Of a stretch of DNA of 64,000 nt, positions 38,649 to 48,456 are shown piece after piece (positions within the stretch are counted from its first letter, which is position 1; every line of letters starts with the position of its first letter). The stretch lies in IMG/VR virus record IMGVR_UViG_3300028888_000002; one strand, given 5' to 3'. This stretch comes from a virus (lineage: Duplodnaviria; Caudoviricetes). A program made the translations under genes and the position numbers. Below the pieces are notes generated by a model. It was not told the DNA's origin. It worked only from the letters and a program-made list of their open reading frames with translations, and ran no database searches.

Positions 38649-38677
38649 TTGACAGCTACCTGGTAATTTGTTATATT
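38649..38677 (+). promoter_or_regulatory. Early promoter P6
   Basis: TTGACA-17-TATATT. Confidence 0.85.
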
Positions 38678-38708
38678 CATAACGGAACAAACCACAACCG
38701 AGGATATT

Positions 38709-39191
38709 ATGAACGTAAAACTGTTCAAGAAAATCTGCGAAGAAGAAGGCTTTATTTTCCACGGTGCCATTGTCGGCATTGTGGAATACTCCGTAGCGAA
38801 CCCCGTGTTCCCACAGTTCCTTATGAAAGCTGTGGAACTTTCGTGTGAATATGACGACGACGGGGAGCCTACCGACGAACCCTGCATTGACATTTTCATT
38901 TCGGATGCGTTCTTCCCGTTCTGCAAGGGCTTCAATCGCCACGTCCACTTAAAGGGTCACTACTGCACCGAAGCAAACCTGCGGGACCATTTGAAGCGTG
39001 TCCAGGAAGCCTACAAGCAAATCAAGGAAAACCTCAAGGTGCAGACTACCTTGACCGTGGACCAATTCTGCGATATGCTCCGTGACACGGACGTTAGCAT
39101 TCACATTGACAGTCGCAAGGCTATGACGAAGACGAAGATTACGCTTGACAAGCCTGTTGCAGAATTTTTAAAGGGGTTTAAGAACAAATGA
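38709..39191 (+). CDS. Hypothetical protein
   Basis: CCGAGGA RBS. Confidence 0.7.
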   Translation: MNVKLFKKICEEEGFIFHGAIVGIVEYSVANPVFPQFLMKAVELSCEYDDDGEPTDEPCIDIFISDAFFPFCKGFNRHVHLKGHYCTEANLRDHLKRVQEAYKQIKENLKVQTTLTVDQFCDMLRDTDVSIHIDSRKAMTKTKITLDKPVAEFLKGFKNK

Positions 39192-39703
39192 CTTTCAGCA
39201 AAGACGAATTACAGGACTTGCGTGAATATGTGAGCGACGGGGGTATTGAAGACCTGGTGACTATCGCACCCGACCACATTACGGTCGTGTCCGAAGATTT
39301 TCCCGACCGCTTCGTTGCGACCGTTGGGCTTATGACCTGCACGAAGGGTTACGGCTTCGTCTTGATGGTTGAAGACTGTCGCCCCAGGGAAGACGACCTG
39401 GGATTTCCCTACGGCTTGCCCGTGCGTGTATCGCTTCCCGATGACAAGTGGTCCCTGCGTGAAGTTGTCCGACACGCCCTGGATTTGCTTACGGACGTGG
39501 CAGACACGGCTAAAAGCCTGCGTCTTGCCATCAAGGGCTTGCAGGAATTTGAGAAGCACTGCACCACGCTTAACGCCCAACTGAATAAGGTAAATGCAGC
39601 ACAACTGTTTATCCCGCACCAACTCGCCAGGGTTGCTGCGAGGGTGGCTGCGAAAGACCCCGCCCTGGTTGAACTTGCTCTAAAAGGAGGCTCCAATGCT
39701 TGA
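39188..39703 (+). CDS. Hypothetical protein
   Basis: ATGA overlap. Confidence 0.7.
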   Translation: MTFSKDELQDLREYVSDGGIEDLVTIAPDHITVVSEDFPDRFVATVGLMTCTKGYGFVLMVEDCRPREDDLGFPYGLPVRVSLPDDKWSLREVVRHALDLLTDVADTAKSLRLAIKGLQEFEKHCTTLNAQLNKVNAAQLFIPHQLARVAARVAAKDPALVELALKGGSNA

Positions 39704-40130
39704 TACCGAATACGAAGACAAGCCGATTAAGACAGCCGAAGATTGGATAGAATACATTAAGCGTTACAAGCAGCGTAACGGCAGCAAGCTACCCGTAGCT
39801 ATTGCCGTCCCGACAAAAGATTTCCTGGCTCTTGTGAACGACTTCAAGCAGGTGTGCAACTCCAATAATAGCCGTCGTGCAAAAATCGCTTCCCTTGAAA
39901 GCAAGCTGTATCACGACGTATGGAACTTTGCCGTGTGCAAGGCGAAGCGTTGTGCGAAGTCCGAGGGCTGTCGCTGCTATTGCAGGCTCCGCTATTCCTG
40001 TAAGCACAGCGAATGGGCTTACCGCAGGGGTAACGTTCCGACGGAAGATTTCTTTGAAAAGTTTAAGGGACCGACAAACCACCACGGGGACTATTGGACC
40101 CGCAGACAGGAGGAACCCGCCAATGATTAA
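39696..40130 (+). CDS. Cys-rich hypothetical protein
   Basis: AGGAGG RBS. Confidence 0.7.
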   Translation: MLDTEYEDKPIKTAEDWIEYIKRYKQRNGSKLPVAIAVPTKDFLALVNDFKQVCNSNNSRRAKIASLESKLYHDVWNFAVCKAKRCAKSEGCRCYCRLRYSCKHSEWAYRRGNVPTEDFFEKFKGPTNHHGDYWTRRQEEPAND

Positions 40131-40308
40131 AGACGAACCGTTAAAGTTTTTTAAGCCCGCCAACGGTGTTGCGACTATCCGCATTATCGGGGATTTGGTT
40201 AAGGATTGCCCGATGTATAACTTTTGGAAATCCGACGACCACGGGTGCCTTGACCGCAAGCAGAAACTTGCGAATGCCGAACCCGTTGAATGCGAAGTAT
40301 TGGAATAG
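40123..40308 (+). CDS. Small hypothetical protein
   Basis: AGGAGG RBS before ATG 40123. Confidence 0.55.
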   Translation: MIKDEPLKFFKPANGVATIRIIGDLVKDCPMYNFWKSDDHGCLDRKQKLANAEPVECEVLE

Positions 40309-40319
40309 GGAACTAATTT

Positions 40320-40940
40320 ATGAACAGACCGATTTACAAGAACGACGCTTCGGGTTCCTACGAAGTCACTAACATTCTGTTTTACTCGCCCGAAAAGTAT
40401 TCAGTTTGGAACCTCGCTAACCTGGCGAACTACATATACGACCTGCATTTTTCTCACGGGTGCGTTGGCGGGTATTGCCGTTTTACGTTCTACAACGCTA
40501 CCGACTTTATCCTGGACGAACTGTATCTAGGCAAGACGGCAGTTATGCAGGTTGTCTTGTCTAACGGTAAGGTTGACGAATACAACTTGTCGCTGCACCA
40601 TAATCGCACGTATAGGACGACCGACGGTAAGCTATCCTTTACTGCTTTGGAATGCAGCTATTCGCCAAAGGACCCGAAGACGAAATCCTCTATGCCGAAA
40701 GTCCCTACCGTCCTGCTTACCGCAGACGAATGTAGCAGGACGTATAAGGTCCTGGAAGACATTACCGTTCCTGTGGACGCAGAAAAGGCTATGCAGCCCG
40801 TTACAAAGAAGTTGTCAACGTTGGATTTCGCTATGGCGTATGCGAAGTCCGCACTGCAAGCCTATACGTGGGCAAAGGTTGAAGTCGCCCCGATTGACGA
40901 ACCGCTTTTCAAATACGCTGTAACGATTTCTAAAAAGTGA
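40320..40940 (+). CDS. Hypothetical protein
   Basis: Operon gene. Confidence 0.7.
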   Translation: MNRPIYKNDASGSYEVTNILFYSPEKYSVWNLANLANYIYDLHFSHGCVGGYCRFTFYNATDFILDELYLGKTAVMQVVLSNGKVDEYNLSLHHNRTYRTTDGKLSFTALECSYSPKDPKTKSSMPKVPTVLLTADECSRTYKVLEDITVPVDAEKAMQPVTKKLSTLDFAMAYAKSALQAYTWAKVEVAPIDEPLFKYAVTISKK

Positions 40941-40947
40941 GGACTGT

Positions 40948-41211
40948 ATGGCATTCCCGAAAGGATATGGATTTTACGGCTCTTGTGCGTTTTGCCCCTG
41001 TAACAAGGATTGCGACCAGGGTAGGCACTGCAAGATTTTTACGAAAGTCAATCCCGACAAGTTAAACAAGCCCCGAACTCCGCATTATGTTGTAAGGACC
41101 GACAAGGAAAACTACACGGCAGGGGACCTGCTCTTGCGGGGCATCGTGTGGACTATGCGTTTTGCTGTCGGTGCCTTGATTGCTTACTTTATTTATGACA
41201 GAACAAAGTAG
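40948..41211 (+). CDS. Cys-rich protein with C-terminal TM
   Basis: GAGGA RBS; hydrophobic C-terminus. Confidence 0.65.
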   Translation: MAFPKGYGFYGSCAFCPCNKDCDQGRHCKIFTKVNPDKLNKPRTPHYVVRTDKENYTAGDLLLRGIVWTMRFAVGALIAYFIYDRTK

Positions 41212-41219
41212 AGGATTTT

Positions 41220-41699
41220 ATGGACGAACTTGAAAAAGAAACCGAGGGTATGGGGGCGAAGAACGTCCCCGAAGTAGGGATAGTTTACCACGTATTTGAC
41301 GACGGCAAGATTACGCTTATGCGTCATTTCCTGGTGAAGTGCAAGGAAGTAATCCCGTTTAAGAAACTTTCAACGGACCCGAACTACAAGAAACTCTACG
41401 AAAGTTGGCAGGAAGCCGTAAAGGAAATTGATTGGGTATTCAGCCCCGAAACCGATTACGTCGCCTGGTGTGAACTGTTTGACGAAGACACGAACGAAGT
41501 TGTCCCGAACGAAGAACCGCTTTATTACGCACGGACAAAGTATTGGGAGTGGTTCGGCTTCGGGACTATGCTTGACGACGGTGTTCTTGACGTGGACCGT
41601 AAAGTGTGGGAGCAGTTCTACATTGATTCACACAACCCCGAACTCTTTGGATATTCCGAATACGAATTGCACGAAATTGACATTCTTAACAAATTCTAA
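41220..41699 (+). CDS. Acidic hypothetical protein
   Basis: GAGGA RBS; YHVFDDGKI motif. Confidence 0.7.
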   Translation: MDELEKETEGMGAKNVPEVGIVYHVFDDGKITLMRHFLVKCKEVIPFKKLSTDPNYKKLYESWQEAVKEIDWVFSPETDYVAWCELFDEDTNEVVPNEEPLYYARTKYWEWFGFGTMLDDGVLDVDRKVWEQFYIDSHNPELFGYSEYELHEIDILNKF

Positions 41700-41710
41700 T
41701 GGAGCCTGCT

Positions 41711-42139
41711 ATGAAGATTGAACAGCTCAAAGACCTAGTAAATAAGAAGCCTACGTTTATACGCTCCCGTAAGGTTACGGAACTGCCCGACGGGGTGACG
41801 CAGCGTGACACCTACCTGTTGGCTACTGCCGTCAAGGACGGTGTTCACAGCGACGGCTATCACGATTGGAACTACGTTGAAGTCCAATACGCTGTTATGG
41901 TGGAACTGACCTATTTCAAGGCAAAGGATTGGGACTCTGCCGAAACTGTCGGACGGAAAGTTGACTTCAATTCCACGACGGATATTGTCAACACGCTTGC
42001 GGGCGTTGTTGTGGAAGCACCCCCGAAGAAAGAAGTGCAGGCGATTACGGCATTGGTAAAGAAGCGTGTCCTTGATGCGAAAGCTAAAGCCGATACCTGG
42101 TGCAAGATTATGGGTGAATCCCCGTTGGGCTTGATTTAA
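41711..42139 (+). CDS. Hypothetical protein
   Basis: GGAG RBS before ATG 41711. Confidence 0.7.
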   Translation: MKIEQLKDLVNKKPTFIRSRKVTELPDGVTQRDTYLLATAVKDGVHSDGYHDWNYVEVQYAVMVELTYFKAKDWDSAETVGRKVDFNSTTDIVNTLAGVVVEAPPKKEVQAITALVKKRVLDAKAKADTWCKIMGESPLGLI

Positions 42140-42148
42140 GGGGGCGTT

Positions 42149-42730
42149 ATGGTTCGTAAAGAAGATTGGAACAAGAGCGGGGATATTCCCAAAGAATCCA
42201 GGCTGCTCGCAATTATCAAGAGCGACAAGAACCCCGAAGGGTTCTATGCAGCCGTAATCCGAACGGGCAAGGGTGTATGGTCGGAGCCTGCTTTCGCACG
42301 TATTGAGGGCACCCAGGATTTCGTCCAGGGGATTGATATTCTTTGGTGGCAGACGGTTGAAATGCCGTTTGGTATGGAAGACGACCGAATGTCCTGGGAC
42401 TACGTTGTTCGTTATGCTCCGAACATAAAGGACTACCCGCACGAACGCTACACTGTCGCACAGGACGACGACCACAATGCTGCTATCTACGGCTGTATGT
42501 GGCGTGTAACGTCCCCGCACGATAAAGACAGGACTGCGGATATTTACGTCTGCACGACGAATAATCCGAAGTATCGTGAAACGCTGTTTCTTTATGAACG
42601 GTTCCGCAAGATGCGTGTGTTCACGGATATTTGGCAGCGTGTGTTAGTTGACAGGGTAGGCTATGCCAAATGTAGCGGGGATTGTATGGACCTGTCCCTG
42701 GTGGATTTCCTGGGGGCAAAGGACGTATAA
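42149..42730 (+). CDS. Hypothetical protein
   Basis: GGGGG RBS. Confidence 0.7.
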   Translation: MVRKEDWNKSGDIPKESRLLAIIKSDKNPEGFYAAVIRTGKGVWSEPAFARIEGTQDFVQGIDILWWQTVEMPFGMEDDRMSWDYVVRYAPNIKDYPHERYTVAQDDDHNAAIYGCMWRVTSPHDKDRTADIYVCTTNNPKYRETLFLYERFRKMRVFTDIWQRVLVDRVGYAKCSGDCMDLSLVDFLGAKDV

Positions 42731-42851
42731 TCCGAAATCTTACGGATATTGTCCCCGATTTTGCAGAAATCCTGCAAAATCCGCACTTATAATCGGGAAA
42801 CAGCCTGGTTTAGCGGACGCAGGGTTTCTGTAAATTTTTTCAAAATACCTA

Positions 42852-42880
42852 TTGACAATACGTTGGTATTTAGTTATATT
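42852..42880 (+). promoter_or_regulatory. Early promoter P7
   Basis: TTGACA-17-TATATT. Confidence 0.85.
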
Positions 42881-42925
42881 TAGGGTGTAAAGAAAAGACA
42901 ACCACCTTAAACGAGGATAGCCAAA

Positions 42926-43171
42926 ATGAGAAACTTTGAACGCAACGTGACCTGGGAAGCAGCCGTTAATTTCGTGACGACTTTTCTTGGATTTTCTATC
43001 TACGACTTGAATTGGGTCCACAGACCCGAACGCTCCGACACCCTCTACGACGGTTGGTCCGTTGTCGTTTGGGGCAAGCGTGGCAAGGGCACGTCCGTTG
43101 TTATCAAGGACACCACCGTTGACACGGGAACTATCACGCTCAATATCACTAACGGCTATCTTGTTCTTTAA
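42926..43171 (+). CDS. Hypothetical protein
   Basis: CGAGGA RBS. Confidence 0.7.
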   Translation: MRNFERNVTWEAAVNFVTTFLGFSIYDLNWVHRPERSDTLYDGWSVVVWGKRGKGTSVVIKDTTVDTGTITLNITNGYLVL

Positions 43172-43183
43172 GGGGGACGCTCT

Positions 43184-43756
43184 ATGATTAAGTTTGTAAA
43201 GACTGACAGGGGCAATCGCACCATTCTTTTGGAAATTACCAACCTTACCACAGCACAACGTTTTGAAGTGGACAACGCTCTTTGCAAGGGCGACAGCGAT
43301 TCTTATGACTGCGGTCCGTTCACTATGGTTTGCTGTGGGGAATTTGTGAAATTTGACGATATGGTGGTGGCTGTGGAAGCCTTGCAGAAGAAGTTTGCTT
43401 GCGTGGATATTACCTATTCCGTAAAGGACAACGAAGGGGTTTCTACTACCACTACATTTTCGGAAGTTGAAGTTCCGCTTTGCGAAGAAGCACAGATATG
43501 TTTCTATCAACGCCCGACAGCAAGGTTTAACGCTGACATTTGGACGGACCCGATTTATGGCGGGACGCAGTTCACTATGGATTCCATTGACGACTATGGT
43601 TGGTCTGCATCCACAGACAAGTTGCTAGACCCCGAAGTTGTCAAGCAGGCTATGATTGATTACATTAACCAGGTCCCCGCAGACGGAGCATCCGAAGAAA
43701 ATTGGAAGGCTTTCTTTTGCGACAAAATGGGGCTTGAATTTGACACGCTTTGCTAA
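43184..43756 (+). CDS. Hypothetical protein
   Basis: GGGGG RBS. Confidence 0.7.
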   Translation: MIKFVKTDRGNRTILLEITNLTTAQRFEVDNALCKGDSDSYDCGPFTMVCCGEFVKFDDMVVAVEALQKKFACVDITYSVKDNEGVSTTTTFSEVEVPLCEEAQICFYQRPTARFNADIWTDPIYGGTQFTMDSIDDYGWSASTDKLLDPEVVKQAMIDYINQVPADGASEENWKAFFCDKMGLEFDTLC

Positions 43757-43771
43757 CGGGGATAACGTTCT

Positions 43772-44122
43772 ATGCGGACTATGGGTAAGTTTGAAGCAAA
43801 GTCAATCGCCTGCGAAAACGGTTGGGAAGAAACTTTGGGGTTGTCCCTGTGCAACCCCGCCTACAGTGTAAAGGTGCCCACGGGTGAACTTGTCGTGTAT
43901 TTGAATATCGGGTATGAGCTGTCCTTTGATAATTCCGTGGACGACGATGCAACCCTGGAATTGCAGCATTGGAAGCCTAGCACGGCACACCCGCCTGTAT
44001 CTTGCCGTAAATGCAATTTTAGATATATGACCGAAACCCGTTTCAAGGAATGGCTTGAAGCCAACGCCAGGGAACTTATTGAAGTTGGTCTTGAACATAG
44101 TAAAAATGGAACACTACCTTAA
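43772..44122 (+). CDS. Hypothetical protein
   Basis: Operon gene. Confidence 0.65.
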   Translation: MRTMGKFEAKSIACENGWEETLGLSLCNPAYSVKVPTGELVVYLNIGYELSFDNSVDDDATLELQHWKPSTAHPPVSCRKCNFRYMTETRFKEWLEANARELIEVGLEHSKNGTLP

Positions 44123-44134
44123 AGGAAAACAGCT

Positions 44135-44398
44135 ATGAAACATATCTGTGTAGGAATGAAGTTTCCCCTGGTCGGTCTTGTCCTTAAAGACAAGACCTCG
44201 TTTGCAGGGGTCCCCGTTGGTTTTAGAAGCGACGAGGGACACTTCTATTTGGTTTACCCGTTTGCTGAAGTGAACCTGGACGACGTTGTTGAAATTGTCA
44301 CCTATGACCATCGTGGGGAACCGCACAAGGTCCCCGTGAACTGCGGGGTCGGGGCACAAATTATGCTGTGGCGTTTGAACCAGGAATTTACCGAATGA
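44135..44398 (+). CDS. Hypothetical protein
   Basis: AAGGA RBS. Confidence 0.65.
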   Translation: MKHICVGMKFPLVGLVLKDKTSFAGVPVGFRSDEGHFYLVYPFAEVNLDDVVEIVTYDHRGEPHKVPVNCGVGAQIMLWRLNQEFTE

Positions 44399-44733
44399 CC
44401 GAACAGTGGGAAAATCAAAACGACTACGACGTTTACGATTCGTATAGCGAAGCCCTGGCAGAAATGTCTAGCGGTAATTACGACGGCTACCGCATTCCCC
44501 GTGTCCTGCTGCTGAAAGACGGCAGGCAGGTTATGGGTAGCCCCCTGTGGGACGCTCCAAATCCCTGGGACGAATCCGAAGTGGAATTGGAAGGCTTTGA
44601 TTTGGCGGGTGACAAGTTCGCTGCGATTGAAGACATTGACAAGTGGCGACTTCCTACACGGACAGAACGTGAACTTTGGGTCCAACACAAGGACCCGTTT
44701 GAAGGAACAAAACAATGCGACAATTCAAAGTAA
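44395..44733 (+). CDS. Acidic hypothetical protein
   Basis: ATGA overlap at 44395. Confidence 0.65.
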   Translation: MTEQWENQNDYDVYDSYSEALAEMSSGNYDGYRIPRVLLLKDGRQVMGSPLWDAPNPWDESEVELEGFDLAGDKFAAIEDIDKWRLPTRTERELWVQHKDPFEGTKQCDNSK

Positions 44734-45143
44734 GAAGTGCCCTGGTTTCTATTAGTGAAGCCTTCCCGTCCGACCGTAACGGTGAAACCGTTAGGGGTCA
44801 CGACATTTTCATTCCTGGGACGTTTAGTTCCTTGAATGAACTTTGGTATGCTTTGGCACAGGCTATCGGTTCCCGATACGTCCAGGGTGCCAATGCGTTC
44901 GCAGTGAGCCATATCACGGACGACGGGTTCCTTTTGGAATATCAGCGTCTTGTGGACCACAACGAAAAGGAACCGTCCGAAGAACGTAGGGCGAAGTGGG
45001 ACAACGGGGAAGCATTCCTGTTCAACGCCCGCTACCTCATAGAAATTTCTTGCCTGGAAGTTACAAGCCTGGGGGCTGCTACCATTGGCAAGCTGTTGGG
45101 GAAGTCCGTTCCCGAAAGCGAGGGTGACAGTGCTGAAGATTAG
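44715..45143 (+). CDS. Untagged paralog of the cargo domain in 59104..59565 and in the C-terminal module of 50766..51623
   Basis: KWDNGEAFLFNARYLIEISC versus AWKRGEKTLWNAHYKVGIRC. Confidence 0.7.
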   Translation: MRQFKVRSALVSISEAFPSDRNGETVRGHDIFIPGTFSSLNELWYALAQAIGSRYVQGANAFAVSHITDDGFLLEYQRLVDHNEKEPSEERRAKWDNGEAFLFNARYLIEISCLEVTSLGAATIGKLLGKSVPESEGDSAED

Positions 45144-45348
45144 AAAAGCCTACGTGTGGCTGCTCTCTATCCTGCTGCTCCCCGTGGCTGCGGTCTATAT
45201 TGTCCTGCGGTGTATGTCCAGGGGGTTGGCGTTGCTTACTGCGTTCGTGTTTGAAAGGCTAGGACCGAAGCCCCGCCAGGGCGAGAAGTTGGCTAATCCT
45301 ATCGTAAAGTTCCTGGAAGACGTTTACGAAAATGAACCCTGTCAGTGA
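45130..45348 (+). CDS. Small membrane protein
   Basis: Hydrophobic YVWLLSILLLPVAAVYIVL; start uncertain. Confidence 0.55.
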   Translation: MLKIRKAYVWLLSILLLPVAAVYIVLRCMSRGLALLTAFVFERLGPKPRQGEKLANPIVKFLEDVYENEPCQ

Positions 45349-45704
45349 GGTGCCCTGTGCCTGGATTACAGTTGAAGACTACTTACAAGACGCTCCGTTT
45401 CAAGCTGCCGTTAATCCTTAAAGCGGACCTTGCCGACGGCTCCCGTATCGTCGGCAAGCTCATTTATATCGGCAAGGACGAACGTGACGAATTTATGCAG
45501 ACAATCCACGAACAGTGGATGTGCGAAAACCCGACGAGGGGTCTAGTGACAGTTGCCGTGCTTTCGGACGTGTTGGGCGAAATCCGCTTTGACGCTACGT
45601 TCATTTCGGGATTGTCCGTGAATGGCGAAGTCGTGGACGGTATCAAGGCGGGCAACCCGCTTGCGGTCCTGTGTGCGATTGTTGACAGGTCGGAGCAGGT
45701 TTGA
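45345..45704 (+). CDS. Hypothetical protein
   Basis: GTGA overlap. Confidence 0.6.
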   Translation: MRCPVPGLQLKTTYKTLRFKLPLILKADLADGSRIVGKLIYIGKDERDEFMQTIHEQWMCENPTRGLVTVAVLSDVLGEIRFDATFISGLSVNGEVVDGIKAGNPLAVLCAIVDRSEQV

Positions 45705-46063
45705 AGACGGGCTACTTCGCAAAGCTGCGGACCTACACGAATGCGGGGCTAGTTCCCGTGTCAATAGCCCGTGTTACGCCTAAATGGTATAACGGGCTAG
45801 TCTATCAAAGATTGTCGCCTACGCCCGCTATTCTGCACGAATACAGGGCGGGTCCGTTGCGGGGCGACACGGATAGGTTCACGGCAGTGTTCCGCAGGTG
45901 TGTCCTTTCGCACCTTGACAGGGACGCAGTGCTTCGGGAGTTGGAACGGTTGACGGGTGTAAGCTGTGACGATATAATCCTGCTCTGCTATGAGAAGCCC
46001 ACGGATTTTTGCCACAGGCATTTAGTTGCCGAATGGCTAGGCGACTGCGAGGAATGTGTATGA
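45701..46063 (+). CDS. DUF488-family protein
   Basis: MKTGYFA..VSIAR..P..LLCYEKP..FCHRHLVAEWL. Confidence 0.8.
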   Translation: MKTGYFAKLRTYTNAGLVPVSIARVTPKWYNGLVYQRLSPTPAILHEYRAGPLRGDTDRFTAVFRRCVLSHLDRDAVLRELERLTGVSCDDIILLCYEKPTDFCHRHLVAEWLGDCEECV

Positions 46064-46248
46064 TTGATAGACAGAAACGGGGCAGGCTTATGGCTACCGC
46101 CCGACAAAATTTACAGAATGCGTTTGAAGCGGTCAAGGAAGTTTCCGATATGTATGGGGGCGAGAATGCGGACCTGGTTGACCTGTATATGCGAATAGGT
46201 TGTCTGCATAACGAAATCGCAAACTTCGGGATTATCAAATTGCCATAG
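46060..46248 (+). CDS. Small hypothetical protein
   Basis: ATGA overlap, GAGGA RBS. Confidence 0.55.
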   Translation: MIDRQKRGRLMATARQNLQNAFEAVKEVSDMYGGENADLVDLYMRIGCLHNEIANFGIIKLP

Positions 46249-46253
46249 ACTCC

Positions 46254-46282
46254 AAAGCCCCTGCCGATTGGCGGGGGCTTTT
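46254..46282. terminator. Bidirectional terminator between convergent genes
   Basis: AAAGCCCCTGCC-gatt-GGCGGGGGCTTTT. Confidence 0.75.
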
Positions 46283-46303
46283 ACGATACAATGTCGTGGA
46301 TTG

Positions 46304-46702
46304 TTAGTCTTCGGAATTAAGGTCGGCTTCGGTAACGTAGCCCTGCTTGACGCACCATTCAATGAAGTCGTCCTTGCTGTCAATGGCTTCTTCCAGGTAT
46401 TCGTGCAGGTCGCTTTCCTGGAGGGAAATCATATTGCCGTAGCCGTTCATATAGAAGTATTCGTCGTTGGGGTTGAACGAATCCTGTTCAAAGCGGTAGC
46501 GACCACCATAGAACGCACGTTGGACGATATTAAGTGCGTCGTCGCCACAGGCAATCTTGATGCCCTCGTCGTCCAGGGTAAGCACCTGGTCGTCGGGCTG
46601 TTCTTCCTGGAGGTATTCCTGCCCGTATTCGTCAATAAGGGATTGATAAACGTCGTCGTTTTCTTCGGATGCGACGGCTGCGATAAGTTCCTTGTTTTCC
46701 AT
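46304..46702 (-). CDS. Highly acidic protein, FNPNDEYF.NGYGN family
   Basis: AAAGGA RBS before ATG 46702; own promoter; very D/E-rich. Confidence 0.8.
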   Translation of the reverse strand: MENKELIAAVASEENDDVYQSLIDEYGQEYLQEEQPDDQVLTLDDEGIKIACGDDALNIVQRAFYGGRYRFEQDSFNPNDEYFYMNGYGNMISLQESDLHEYLEEAIDSKDDFIEWCVKQGYVTEADLNSED

Positions 46703-46753
46703 AATGGTTCCTTTTGTTGTGGTCGTGCGACCTGGGTTAAACGTTCTACCGTA

Positions 46754-46782
46754 AATATACAATTATCTTCCCCAGGTGTCAA
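46754..46782 (-). promoter_or_regulatory. Divergent early-type promoter for the acidic gene
   Basis: Reverse-strand TTGACA-17-TATATT. Confidence 0.8.
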
Positions 46783-46838
46783 CACCTATTATTAAAATAA
46801 TTGCAGAAAATAAATCAAACAAATTTTTAATCTACCTA

Positions 46839-46867
46839 TTGACAGCAACCTGGTAATTTGTTATATT
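46839..46867 (+). promoter_or_regulatory. Early promoter P8
   Basis: TTGACA-17-TATATT. Confidence 0.85.
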
Positions 46868-46895
46868 TCGGTATAGACCACAAGCCGAGGATTTA

Positions 46896-47168
46896 ATGAC
46901 CTACACCGAAATGTTTGACTGCTTGAAAGCCAGGGGCTTCACCCTGGACTTTGACCCGACGGCAGACCCCGTAGGTTTCAGCAACGTCCGTGTCTATTGG
47001 AAGGATATTTCGTTCGGGACTATGTATTTCCATAACGCTATGTTATACACTGAAAAGGACCATACGTGGGTTTCTCAATTCAGTTATGGTTGGACCACGA
47101 ACCCGAACGACTTTAAGGAATTTATGGAAGCGTTTATCAAGAGCTGCGAGGAAAAGAATGAAGCGTGA
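46896..47168 (+). CDS. Hypothetical protein
   Basis: CCGAGGA RBS. Confidence 0.7.
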   Translation: MTYTEMFDCLKARGFTLDFDPTADPVGFSNVRVYWKDISFGTMYFHNAMLYTEKDHTWVSQFSYGWTTNPNDFKEFMEAFIKSCEEKNEA

Positions 47169-47595
47169 CGAACAGTTTATGTCTTACGAAGAACTTTACG
47201 AAGCCTACCAAACCTGCTACGACTGTATGCGTGTTTGGGAAAACAACTTCAACGACCTTAAAAAGAAGTTCACCCGCCTGGAACAGTTCAATGCAGAACT
47301 CAAGCAGAACATATCCAATGGCGACGTGAATTGCCTGGTCTATTTGGACAAGTGCCAGGAACTTGAAAACGAAATCGCAGACTTGCGTGAAGCCTTGTCC
47401 GCTTACCAACGAAACGAAAAGTTGGATATTCGGGATAACCGCAGGCTCCGCAAGAATCTGTTGCTTACCCTGGCTAGTTACGCCAACTACAAGGGAAATG
47501 CTATGTTGGGGTCTGTCGTGTCCGACACGTTGAAACGTGCTGCCCGCAAGCACAGACAGGCTGCATTGTTCCGCAGAATGGCGGGGGAGGTCTAG
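47158..47595 (+). CDS. Coiled-coil hypothetical protein
   Basis: GAGGA RBS before ATG 47158. Confidence 0.65.
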   Translation: MKRDEQFMSYEELYEAYQTCYDCMRVWENNFNDLKKKFTRLEQFNAELKQNISNGDVNCLVYLDKCQELENEIADLREALSAYQRNEKLDIRDNRRLRKNLLLTLASYANYKGNAMLGSVVSDTLKRAARKHRQAALFRRMAGEV

Positions 47596-47598
47596 GCT

Positions 47599-47814
47599 AT
47601 GGCATTGAAAGGACTTGAACACCCCGAAGAAGTGTTTGGGCGACGTAGTGGTGTCACGTTCCGCTGTGGGGCGTGTGGCTGCGGGTTCTTCCAGGAAATG
47701 CGGTATATCCGTTTCTACGACAAGGGTAGCGGTGTTTACCGCTACGTTATTCAAACCGAATGCCCCAACTGCAAGGGCGTAGTCGCTGCCACGTCCGATG
47801 GGTGCCTGGGGTAG
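47599..47814 (+). CDS. Zn-ribbon protein
   Basis: CGAC..CPNC. Confidence 0.65.
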   Translation: MALKGLEHPEEVFGRRSGVTFRCGACGCGFFQEMRYIRFYDKGSGVYRYVIQTECPNCKGVVAATSDGCLG

Positions 47815-47817
47815 ATT

Positions 47818-48438
47818 ATGGCTGCTACGTTAGATAAAATATCGCCCGAAGTTATGGACGAACTGCGGTCCACCCACGAACAGATTAAGGCGTATAAAGC
47901 GAAGATAAACGAACTTACGGAACGTATGGACGAACTTGTTCCGAAGCACGACCTTGCCTACTGCCGTGAGTTGGGCTGCAAGCATACCTATCAGTGCAAG
48001 GACTTCTGTCACTGCCACAGTTGGTGCATACGCTCAAAGTGGGCACACGGGGCGTGGCGTGACTGCTACGAAAAGAACACGCCCGTGTTCAAGCCCCGTG
48101 TTGAATATCCGACCCTGGGTTGGAAGCAGGTGACTACTTGCGGTATGAAGTGGGACGGGGTATGGCACAGCTTTACGAAAGTAATCAAGGAAACCGAAAA
48201 GACGCTTGTCCTTGAAAGAAACGAACAGCTATTGAAAAGCACCATTTTCACCATTGAGGACGTGACCTATATTAAGAGCCGTAGCGGGACGACCTATATG
48301 TGTGCGGACGACCCCGATACCCTGGATATGCAGGTGATTCTGTTAAAGGTCGCTAACTCCGAACGTAACGAACGCACGAAGCATTTAATCACCCCCGAAA
48401 CCCCGTTGCCCACAGAAGTGGACGGAATAGAACTTTAA
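47818..48438 (+). CDS. Cys-rich hypothetical protein
   Basis: Operon gene. Confidence 0.7.
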   Translation: MAATLDKISPEVMDELRSTHEQIKAYKAKINELTERMDELVPKHDLAYCRELGCKHTYQCKDFCHCHSWCIRSKWAHGAWRDCYEKNTPVFKPRVEYPTLGWKQVTTCGMKWDGVWHSFTKVIKETEKTLVLERNEQLLKSTIFTIEDVTYIKSRSGTTYMCADDPDTLDMQVILLKVANSERNERTKHLITPETPLPTEVDGIEL

Positions 48439-48456
48439 CCATAAGGAACACGACCA

